A stretch of 64,000 nucleotides of DNA. Source: Amoebidium appalachense (lineage: Eukaryota > Protista > Ichthyosporea). A program made the translations under genes and the position numbers. The notes under the pieces were generated by a model. It was not told where the DNA came from, did no database searches, and saw only the letters and a program-made list of their open reading frames with translations. The stretch spans positions 124,001-188,000 of the forward strand of contig CAVNZM010000001.1 in the NCBI GenBank assembly GCA_963693365.1. Reading direction: 5' to 3'. Below are positions 37,853 to 64,000 of the stretch, piece by piece; position 1 is the stretch's first letter, and each line of letters starts with the position of its first letter.

Positions 37853-37888
<36 letters not shown>

Positions 37889-38460
37889 CGTAGCTAAAGG
37901 GCAGAGGATGCATGCAGCGCTGGCAGGGAGGGCGGGGGAAGGGGAGGGGGGGTATGCGCGCACAAGCCGCGGTGTAGGCGTGCGTGTGTGTGCGCTAGTG
38001 TGTGGGTGTGTATGAGCATGTGTGTGTAACACCGAGGTTAAGCATGCGCGATCGAAGGGGCGGGTGGAGGGGGTGGCAGGGTGGGGTTGGGGGGGGGGTT
38101 GGGAGAGGGAAGGAGGGGGGGGGGGGGGGGGGGGGGGGGGCAGGACACGCCACAAGCAGTTGGCACTGCGGGCCAGCACAGAACAAAGCGGCACACCGTG
38201 TGTACACCGTAAGACCGTAATGTATTGTCCCAAACACTCCACCGGGTGAGTGAGGGAATCCGAGCGAATGCGTGTAGTGGGGGGGGGGCCGGCCCCGGCC
38301 GCCACTGCAGAACATGAATCGTGCGATATACAAAGTGGGAAGGGGGGAAGGGGGGGTGTCGGTGCCCCCCACAGCCCACACGCCAAGCCCAATACGAAGG
38401 CAAAGGAACAGGGGAGGGGGCTCGGCCCAGCCCCATCACGAGAGAGGGGCAGCAAACCAC
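37740..38460 (-). other. Candidate spliceosomal intron inside the retrotransposon
   Basis: On the minus strand it begins GTGGTT and ends ...CTGTCCCTGCAG. Filled with C-tracts and CA repeats like host introns. Donor position uncertain. Confidence 0.5.
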
Positions 38461-40316
38461 CCCGCTAGCCACTCAGGCACGGGTGTTGGGACTGGTGCGT
38501 GCCACGGGTGCAGCCGGTCGAAAGTGGCCCACTGTGCCCGCGAGATGGCATCCGCAATCGAGTTTTCCACGCCAGGGATGTGCTTGGCCGAGACCAGCAC
38601 CGTGTAGCGCATTTCCATCAGCGTGATGAGACGCAGCACCCGGGCAATGGCAGGGACGGGGGAGTGACGGGACGCGATCGTAGATACTGCACCGTCGTTA
38701 TCGGTGAGCACGCGTATGTGGCTGTTGCGACAGCTGGGACCCCAACAGGCCAGGGCCACGGCAATGCCAACCAGCTCAAACAGCACGGAAGCCCACACAT
38801 CTCCGCCAGCAATGACCGTGCGCCAATGGTCCGTCCATGCTAGGTGAAACCACGCTTGACCCCAGTAGCCACCGCATCCTATGCTGCCGGCCGCATCTGT
38901 GGTGAACATGTGATGCACGGGGGGGGTAAGCACACGTATGCCGTTCCACTCGGGGAGGAACTCCGACCACAGCACAACGTCGGCTCGTGCGTCGGCGCAG
39001 ACACGGATGTGGTGGTGGGGCCCTAGGCCGGCCCTCTCAGCCTCCGCCAGCAGATGAAGCAAGCGTTGAAGAAAGGCACGGGCACGCCCCAGCGCCACAA
39101 CCTGAGCACACCACATGAGCTTGCCGCACAGGGACCGTAGGTCTCGAACAGTGGCCTTGGTGCGACCCCGCCAATCGGCTAGCAGGGCCCGGAGCTCGGT
39201 CAGCTTGACGGCAGGTAAGCGGGCCTCCATGCGCAGAGTGTCCCACTCGAGCCCAGAGTAGATGAGCGTGTGTGAGGGCAGCTGCACTTTGTCGTCGGCA
39301 AGCGTAACACCCACCTTCGAGCACACCCACCGAAACACCAGCATGTTGAAGGCGCACTCTTGCAGCGTATGGCCGCCGAAAAAGAAGTCGTCCACAAAAT
39401 GCTGTGTCTCTGTGGCGTTGAGGGCGTGGGCGAAGTGCTGCAGGGCCTGAGCTATGCGTTCCCAGAACGCTGGGCTGGACCGCAAGCCAAACGGTAGGCG
39501 GGTCTCCACATAGAACGCGCCTAGCAGCTGGAACGACAGCAGTGGCTGGTCGTCTGGGTGCACCGGGCCGTGACGAAAGGCACCCTTCACGTCGTATGCC
39601 CCGAGGAAGCAGCCCTGGCCGAGCCGAGCTACTGTTTGCATCACCGTGCGGATGGTGATGTACTCCAGCTGATCCGGGTAATCGACCCCATCGTTGATAC
39701 TGGAGCCACGCGGGAAGGAAAGGTCGTGGATGCGGCGGACGCCCGTGCCGCCCTTTTTGGGAACTGCCCCGAGGGGCGAGGATACAAAATAAGGATAAAG
39801 GGCCACCATCTCGTCGCGGGTGAAGGGGCCCAGGATGTGGCCGCATGCCACTTCCTTCGCAATGTCGGCTGCAAGCTGCTCACGGGCCGCCAGCGCGGAC
39901 GGGTGGTTTCGGCCCACCCGGGTGACCCGCTCGCCGAAGTAACCGACCGAGAAGCCCAGCTCTAAGTCGCGGAGCAGAGCCTGCTGAAACGCACTGTCGG
40001 GGTGCGGAAACAACTCAAACAAACGGCGGAAGTTGGGGACAGATACGGTCTGTGGTGGTGCCGCTGGGGGGGGTGACCATGGGCCCCGCAGGGCAACGGA
40101 GAGGGCAGGCCCAGCGCTGACGTCAGCCCCTGCCCGAAAGGGGGCTGGGCCCCCTAAGCCGGGTTGGCCCCCCCTTCCCCCGCCCCGTTGGCTGGGTTGG
40201 GAGGGCAGGCGTGTGCGCCGTGCGCCGCTGAGCCGCACTTCAGGCAGGCGTACTTGTAGCGGCAAGGGTTGGGTCCCTTCCTGGTGCAGCCCTTGGCCGT
40301 GTTGAAGCCCCGGCAT
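38436..40316 (-). CDS. Reverse transcriptase / RNase H ORF, overlapping the gag 3' end in another frame
   Basis: SPLGAVPKK, RRIHDLSFP, DVKGAFRH, LPFGLRSSP, HFVDDF (RT active site); TDAAGSIGCG, TDN and HIPGVENSIADAISR (RNase H). Confidence 0.93.
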   Translation of the reverse strand: MPGLQHGQGLHQEGTQPLPLQVRLPEVRLSGARRTRLPSQPSQRGGGRGGQPGLGGPAPFRAGADVSAGPALSVALRGPWSPPPAAPPQTVSVPNFRRLFELFPHPDSAFQQALLRDLELGFSVGYFGERVTRVGRNHPSALAAREQLAADIAKEVACGHILGPFTRDEMVALYPYFVSSPLGAVPKKGGTGVRRIHDLSFPRGSSINDGVDYPDQLEYITIRTVMQTVARLGQGCFLGAYDVKGAFRHGPVHPDDQPLLSFQLLGAFYVETRLPFGLRSSPAFWERIAQALQHFAHALNATETQHFVDDFFFGGHTLQECAFNMLVFRWVCSKVGVTLADDKVQLPSHTLIYSGLEWDTLRMEARLPAVKLTELRALLADWRGRTKATVRDLRSLCGKLMWCAQVVALGRARAFLQRLLHLLAEAERAGLGPHHHIRVCADARADVVLWSEFLPEWNGIRVLTPPVHHMFTTDAAGSIGCGGYWGQAWFHLAWTDHWRTVIAGGDVWASVLFELVGIAVALACWGPSCRNSHIRVLTDNDGAVSTIASRHSPVPAIARVLRLITLMEMRYTVLVSAKHIPGVENSIADAISRAQWATFDRLHPWHAPVPTPVPEWLAGWFAAPLS

Positions 40317-41214
40317 ATCTCATCCGCAGCAGGGGCCGGGCTGGCGCGAGGGCTGGCTGTGGCCCCCCCAGAGGCAGGCTGCCGGGGTGTGCGGGGAGCG
40401 GTGGGTGCCTGGTGCAGGCGGGCACCAGACAGGGACACGGCCAGCTGCACAGCGTCGGGGGCGTCGAGTGGGCGGCCAGAGGCAGCGCACGACCGGCGGT
40501 GTGCATCCTCCCAGCGCATGATGGCAGCCCACTGGTACTCGGGTGCCAACTCAGTGGCCACAAACTCGGCGTGGGCCAGCAGGGCCGTGACGGGGGCGTT
40601 GGCGTTGATGCGTAGGCGTAGCAGCTGCAAGATGCAGCGCAGGTAGGTCTGCAGGTCCGGGCACAGGGCGGGCTGGCGCTGGGTGCCAGGCGTCTGCAGC
40701 ACAACCGTGCCAGCAGGCAGGCCAGGCAGGGAAACCGGCTGGCGCTGCGTGTGGACAGAAGAGCCCGTGGGCGGCAGCAGGTCGAGTAAAGCGAAATGCT
40801 GCATAGGCTCGAAGATGGCAGCCCCCCGGACCTCCGGGGACAGGTGGGGGCAGGGTGGGTTCGACTGGCTGCGCTGGCTGGCCCCCCAAACGGCCAGTTG
40901 CAGGGCATTGGGCGGCGGAGGCAGCTGGTGCAGGTCGCCGCCCTGAGGGTCCTCCTCACGGGGGCGCTTGTTGGCGTTGCCGGGGGGTTGCTCTACAGCA
41001 TCCACGGCCCCCGCCGCAGCGGCAGGGGGCCCCGTGACAGGGGGGTTCCTACCGGTTCCGCCCCCGCCAAGGTTGACGAGGTGGGGGAAGGCGCGCAGGA
41101 GAAGATCTTGCTGGGAAGGGGGGGCCGGGCTGGCCTTCAGGGCCTGACGGGTCGCGTTGGCCACCTCAGAAGCAAACATGCGAATGGTCGCTGCCAGCTC
41201 AGGGGTCAGGGCAA

Positions 41215-41253
<39 letters not shown>

Positions 41254-41326
41254 CGTCCTGCACAGGAGGGCGCACCTCCTGCCCTGCCTGTGCTGCAGGG
41301 CCATTGTCTGTTGGGTCTACTTCCAT
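40154..41326 (-). CDS. Gag-like ORF1 with poly-Q and C-terminal Cys/His finger
   Basis: ATG (MEVDPTD) lies 4 nt inside the A1 boundary. Ends with ICRGFNTAKGCTRKGPNPCRYKYACLKCGSAAHGAHAC, typical of DIRS/Ngaro ORF1. Confidence 0.85.
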
Positions 41327-41330
41327 ACTT

Positions 41331-41606
41331 GAGCCGCCGTGTGCTAGCCACCGAAAACGCAATCGTGCTAACAAAAACCGTACGTGCAGCACACGGCGAA
41401 AACGAAGGTGGCCTGCATCTGCAGTGTGCTGCGCCGGAAATACCGGCGCTGGTGGCGCCTGACGTCAGGCGCTGCGCCAGACTGATGTCAGCCGCCGCTG
41501 CGGCTGCGCCTGGCGCCGCGGCCCGTGACGTCATGGGCCGCCCGGCTGCCTGCGCCCGAAGTGATCCGTGAAACATCTTTCATCTGCTGCGCATATGAAA
41601 CGTACA
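41331..41606 (-). repeat. Split direct repeat A1 (5' terminus of the element)
   Basis: Matches 36203-36478. Confidence 0.9.
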
Positions 41607-41858
41607 TGTTTCAGCTTTGGCGCCGTAGATCCACCGAAACCTCGGGAATACCAGATCCAAGGATACTATCCGGGAGAGTCTGTCCGACTCTGTTGTCACC
41701 TGTCGCAAGGACCACAAGCAAGGACTCCTACAAAGATGGCTTTGCTACAAGGCCACTTAAGGGGTTTTGTGAGCGGAAGGAGGGCCGGGGAGGAGGCGGA
41801 GGGGAGGAGGGACTATGTATTCTGGAGGATGGGTCCGGCCCCCCTGACCCTCGGGGTA

Positions 41859-41901
<43 letters not shown>

Positions 41902-42697
41902 CGACATAAAAAAGCTCCTGATACATCAAAAGTATGACCGTGTGTCGGTTTAGGGGCAAAAAAAATTGAAGCTGCGGAGCCGGTGGGCGGGTGGTTGAGT
42001 GAATGGGTGGATGTATGGCGGCGGGGCGGGGCGGGGTGGGGCGGGGCGGGGACGGGCGGGGCGGGGCGGGGCGGGGCGGGGCGGGGCGGGGCAGGGCAGG
42101 GCGGGGCGGGGCGGGCGGATGGGCGGGCAGGCGGGCGGCTGCTGGGGGGAGCGGGGAGAGGGGGGACTCCGAGGGCGAGAGGGGAAGAGGGAGTGTGTCG
42201 TATACACGTATGTGTGCATGTGTAATTCTTTGTATGTGTGTGTGCGCGTGTTTGCGAGCACGCGTGCGCGTATCTTGCGCTACGCGTAACTTGCATGTGC
42301 GCTTGTGAGTGAAGGAAAGTGTTTATACACGCATGTGTAATACGTGTGCGTCCAGTAAATTAACTGGTTTCGTCATTTCTGGCGTAATCAGTAAGGAGTG
42401 GCGCTTCAGGGTTATGCCCCCCCCCTCCCCCCCCCCTCCCCTCCCCCCTCCCTTCCCCCCCCCCCCCCCCCTCCCCCACACACACACACATCTCAGAGCT
42501 TCCCTCCCATTCACGTGTAGGCTAGCGCGTACTCAAGTAGCAAACAGTTAACTACCCCTTTACCACGTACAGGGGGTTACGGAAATAAAAAACCATGGGT
42601 ACCTTTGGACATATGGTATCTTATACAGTAACTAAACCTTCGGGAACCTGAGCCCTCGTGTTCTAAAGTTTCCCGGTCGGTATCCCCGGGAGGGTGG

Positions 42698-42757
<60 letters not shown>

Positions 42758-42782
42758 GGGGGGGGGAGGGGGGGCCGGGGGA

Positions 42783-42814
<32 letters not shown>

Positions 42815-44220
42815 GGCTAAAAAAGCCCACCGAGGTTAAAATTTGTAGGGTCCCGCAAAAGTTTTATGATTCTTTTAGTTGTCGAGATGGGACTGAGAAC
42901 GTGCTACTTGATCTTCCTTCCAAATTCATTCTCAGCCACACCATGCAGTCTCCCCTCCAAGCTCCACGGCCCCGAGGGGAGAGAGCCCCTCCCCCTGCCC
43001 CGCCCCCCCTGCCCGCTTCCGCCCCTCCCCCCTGGCAGTCCCCCCTCCCCCCCCCCCCCCCCCCCTGCCTGGAATGTGGAATCCCGAAGCCTGCATGCAA
43101 CGCCTTAGCTTTCAACAAAAACAGTAGTCCCGTCATTATGATCATTAAAAGAAAAAGCAAGAGCAAAATACATCGACTGTTTTGAAACCATAATGCTAAT
43201 AGATATACACAGGGACGGCTGCACATACGTCTCCGGGTCTTATCCGATGTGTCTTGGTCGCGGTACGTCCACGTGGCAACAATCATGCGTGCGCTGTCAT
43301 CGTGTTTGTATCTGCATCAATTGGTGCCATTGAATGAGATAGCTCTAGGTACCGTGTGTATGTTTATGGCGTTTGAAGTGAATGAGTGTGTTCCATGGGC
43401 ATGTGTACTGGGCACAAACTCATATAATTGCATTAATCTGCGTGCTGTGCATATATATATCATGCATGAGAGGATAAATTGAAAAGGGGCACAAAGGCGG
43501 GTATGGGCATCGACGTTTTGAAGTAGGATTGAAGTAGGTTTTCTCACGCCAACCAGGGTACTTGTGATAGGTTGCATAACCTCTACTAGAAGACACCTCA
43601 GACTTGTAGGACAGACCTTCTCTTGTTCAACGTCTCATTCTCCACTATCCATCCTTTTACTGTGCATGCGCTCCACAGTCGAGGTCACTTAGTATATCTG
43701 TTTCTATTTTTATTTTTATCCCGTTTTGTTCCCGGAGGGACCCCCAGGGGCCCTGTAAGGACTGCAGTACCGTCTTCCACGAAGCACCGACTATACTACT
43801 ACCTAGATACTACATACAGTTCCATGAGCTAAACTAACACTCCATTGATAATCCTCATTATTTGTGCACACTTGGCCCAGGTTTTTCATCCCAGCCTCGC
43901 TGATTAGGCATATCAAACGTATCATTTTTTTTATGCCCAGGCGACACAAATGCACATACACCTTTAAGAACTTTGTGAGTCATGCACCGATGGCTAGGTG
44001 TATCATGATCATCCAAACCACATACACACCGTGAGGGCACATTCAGATGAAGGTGCCCGTGACACAAAAAAGGAAAACGTGCCGGAATAATATGTGACCT
44101 CTACTGTGTATGTTTGTTCAGGGCGAGCAGTCATAGTATTTGAAATCTTCACCGGTTATCCCGACTTCATGTAGAAACACGCACCGTGACACCTTGAAAC
44201 ACAACACACGCACGCACGCG

Positions 44221-44254
<34 letters not shown>

Positions 44255-44559
44255 CGCACACACACAAAACATGTCACAAGGGATAGTGTTTTCGACTTCA
44301 CATTGAACCCTGTTATATATAAATGTGTGAAGTGATACTATTTAACTCATGTTCTCAGGTTCATTCACACACACCGGTAGATACTGGCGGGACTCGGTAT
44401 TGACCGCATGTTTAGAAAACATCTTGACCACGAACTTCTATTCGCACACACATACACTCACACTAAGCAACTGATACAAGGCTATTACAAGCACCCGTGT
44501 GTGTATGTTGTGTCAGTTTGTGTGTCACGTCACATAATGTATGTTTTTGTGTGTGAGCT

Positions 44560-45555
<996 letters not shown>

Positions 45556-45913
45556 GTGCACCTGCTACTAACGTCTAAAGTAATCTGGCGATACCGACCC
45601 ACCTTTTCACGACATCTCAATTTATTTGAATACCAAGCCTCACCACGTAAAGGTTGCCTAACGTTGGGAACTCCGAGGCTGGGAAATTCCGAAATCGAGC
45701 AGCTGGATGATCCTCATGGCGCACACCGGAGGCCGTGTCAATCCCTATCCCTTATAGTCGGCAACCTAAACCGCCTTATGCCACGCGGGCCGTCCGTCCC
45801 GAAGTTACTAGTCACAACATTCGCAAGGAACACGTGTCTGGCACATAACATGATGTCCATCATCCATGTTTATCGATCAGCGCGGATTGGGCCCCTAAAA
45901 ACATGCGATAGCA

Positions 45914-45960
45914 TTTCTGATTGGCTGAGGCCGACCGATACATTTTAAGCCAATCAGAAA
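45914..45960. promoter_or_regulatory. Inverted pair of CCAAT boxes upstream of the GH114 gene
   Basis: TTTCTGATTGGCT...AGCCAATCAGAAA, a 13-bp perfect inverted repeat ~670 bp upstream of ATG 46624. Confidence 0.45.
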
Positions 45961-46623
45961 TTAGCCTGGTTCTTTTTTATTGGTTCACTAAAAGTTAGCC
46001 AAAAAAAGATTTCTACTTGAAAATAATAGACATGCTCAAAGAGCGTCATGTACATGATGAGATACCTCTATTACCATGCGCATGTTGAATTAGATATTCC
46101 CACCTTTTTTTATTGTTTTTATTGCCATTGATGCAACCATAAAAAAAGAGTCTGTGTATATGAGAATTATCAATGCCGAAAGTTTTGTGTCATAGCCTCG
46201 GATCACATCTCGCCCTGTTCTGAGGGCCAAGCAGGGCTTGAACTTTACCCTGTAGTCGTCGACGTCTAGGGTCGTCTGTAGATGAACTGAAACCCATACC
46301 GTTAACCAGCACACAGAAACATGCACTGAATAAACTTTACAGGCAAGTAAACAGCGATATATATAATATTGCTGTGTAGCATTAAGTCGGCGCAAAGATT
46401 CGGCCGTAGCCTGACACCCTGCAGCTGAAGTTTCTTTGTGTTCGCCTTGGTATTGATCAAACATATCGAAGCCCGGATCTCTGGGAAGTAATTGGCTGCT
46501 TCGAAATCCGTGAACACACACAAAGCCACTCGCCGCACCCCCGCCCCTTCACACTAGCCTTGCCTTCATGCAGCACACACGTCTGTTGTGCTTGCATTCT
46601 AGTGTTCTACTTCTATAGCAAAA

Positions 46624-52704
<6,081 letters not shown>

Positions 52705-53911
52705 TTGTACATGCGTGAATTTGTATGAACCCTAGAACTGCAGGTGAAATAACTTGAAAAACCATAGCCCTGCTTAGATAACCTGGAGTTGCTACAGAAT
52801 AACTCACACACTATAAGAGGAGCAAGACTGAGCTGTATGTAAATAAGCTGATTACGTATGTAAACATGCATACAGTTTGCTGGTGTAATTAGTTACACAA
52901 CACGAAATGATGCATAATATGCTAGGAGTCAGATAATAGCATGGCTGTAGGAGCCCATGTACATAGTGTGATATAGAGGCCCGTGAAGTGTTTGTGCACG
53001 CAGAGGATGTATAATTCACAAAGCGATGAACTATAACAGTGCATAATCCCAGAAGAAAGCCGACATTTACAATAAACAATACATCTTTATTAATATCAAA
53101 CACGCAGATCATCACATGCGTGTCATATACCCCACCTGAGAGTTCGCACCTACTGAAATGGGCCAGCAAACCCACACACCACACCTATCATGCACGCACA
53201 AATATGCATACACTTGACTCACTAACGTATCCACCACTGGCGGTGTTCTCACGGCAGCAGGTGTGTGAATGATCAACCTGCACACAAACTTGCTTCACAC
53301 GGTACCCAACCCATATGTCTATGTGTGATATTCTGTCAGATATCCATGTGCCGAAAGGACAATGACGATTCCCCCCCCCCCCCCCCCCCTCACTTCCCAG
53401 GGCCTCCACGGAGTCCTACTCCTACTGACACTTTTATTCTGCCAGAGTAGAAGGCTCCCCCCCCCCCCCCCCTATACGCACATAACCAACCTTCAGACTG
53501 CAGACAGACAGATGTAGAGTCTGACACGAACACCGGTCGACAAACACAACCGCCCATTCGAATTTGCAGAAGAAACACCTGTCATCCTACACTCAGAAAA
53601 CAACCGAGGAATTTTTTTTGTAGAAAGGACGGGGCACAACGTGGCTCTAGCACGTCCTGATCATGGCTGTGCCAGCTAGCGCTAGCCGTTGATAACCTAG
53701 AATTTCATCGTGTCTCCTTGAAAAATAAGAGCTACCCTGGGCACGACCGTCGGCAAACACAAAATAGGGAAAAACCACAAAGCCGCATACTGTAAGCGAA
53801 TGTACATTGTCGAGGTAACAACGGGCCTTTAAATTCTTGGGAGACTCACAGGCACGGTTGTCGGACATTGCAACTTGACATCATCCTCGAAGTTCTCTGT
53901 GCTCACACTTG

Positions 53912-53960
<49 letters not shown>

Positions 53961-54340
53961 CCCGCCCACCCGCACGTACACGCACACGCACGTACGCGCA
54001 CACGCACACGCACACGCACAGTTTCACAACACACGCACTATCTTTGATACAGGTGTAGCTATTATTAAAAAGTGCAATGTGTTTTTGCATCAAACAATCA
54101 TTATCAGGGTCAAGCCTCTGACATGTTTTATTTGCTCCCGGCGTTTTCCTAAACTAACCTAACCCTCCCCCCCCTCCCCCCTCCCCCACCCACCCACCCA
54201 CCCCTTTTCTCAAACCAAACACTGGCATTCGACCTAGCATGAAAAGAAGACTATGCGAGGGGTGGAGAGCAGGAGACAGGCTCCATTGTTGGAAACGAAA
54301 ACTGTAAGGCCCATTCAGTTTGGGACAGAGTACGGCCCTG

Positions 54341-63393
<9,053 letters not shown>

Positions 63394-63882
63394 GGCAAAA
63401 GGGAGCACAAGCCTAAGGTATATATTAAGAATTAGTGTGACAAAGTTCTTCCTGAAGGTCACACAACTGAGTATTTGATCCAAGAGAAGAGGCCCAGACC
63501 CCCGAGGTGGCGCCGGCCCCCGGCGCCGGCCGCGGGCTGCCTTCATCGAAGCTTCGGAACACCCGAGGCGCGATTGCGTAATCATTCGATTGTCATTTTT
63601 GGCGCCAAATTTGAAACATGCACAGAACAAGCCTCTGTGTCTAGACCTCTCAGTAAAAGCTCTCAGACTACATGTGCACTGTACTGTCAGTGGGATATGT
63701 AAACGAGCAGTAATTAAACGAGCAGCATGCCACAACGGTGATGCACGCACGCAAAAGGGCACCACAAAGAAACCCAGGAACGGCAGTGACACTTTTTGTG
63801 TAAGAGCTAAAACGCACGCACATGCTTAGGTACACGCACGCCTGCAAACACGCTTGACACTCTTGTGTTCCTACAGCACACG

Positions 63883-63992
<110 letters not shown>

Positions 63993-64000
63993 TCATACAT

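Larger units (their letters stand above)
35957..41607 (-). mobile_element. Full-length Ngaro-type (DIRS order) tyrosine-recombinase retrotransposon with split direct repeats A1-[gag, RT/RNase H, YR]-B1-A2-B2
   Basis: A1 41331-41606 matches A2 36203-36478 (one difference seen). B1 36479-36596 matches B2 35957-36074. Three uninterrupted ORFs lie between A1 and B1. No long target-site duplication. Confidence 0.93.

Noticed and set aside
37735-38465. In-frame RT-YR fusion by splicing 38460 to 37740
   Set aside because: That donor is phase 2 in the pol frame and YR needs phase 1; the product stops after WLASLWWRPW.

Overview
Intron-rich eukaryotic DNA, saturated with poly-G/poly-C tracts and (GT)n/(CA)n microsatellites. 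Gene content looks opisthokont-like, possibly a unicellular holozoan (low-confidence inference). Nearly all long ORFs in the supplied track are repeat artefacts; the real genes are spliced, and I rebuilt them by hand from GT-AG boundaries and protein similarity. In order: RanGAP (minus; a second RanGAP LRR domain starts after the acidic tract and runs off the window), a divergent uncharacterised helical protein (plus), a dual-specificity phosphatase (minus), a membrane-anchored S10 serine carboxypeptidase (minus), an apparently intact Ngaro-type tyrosine-recombinase retrotransposon (minus, 35957-41607), a type II membrane Cys-rich/EGF/GH114 protein (plus) and the CobW-family zinc chaperone ZNG1/CBWD (minus). 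The main oddities are an intron-like 721-nt insert between RT/RNase H and the recombinase of the retrotransposon, the doubled RanGAP with matching intron positions, a young ~310-bp structured repeat sitting in poly-G tracts in introns of three genes, and a G/GT-at-5', C/CA-at-3' polarity of introns.
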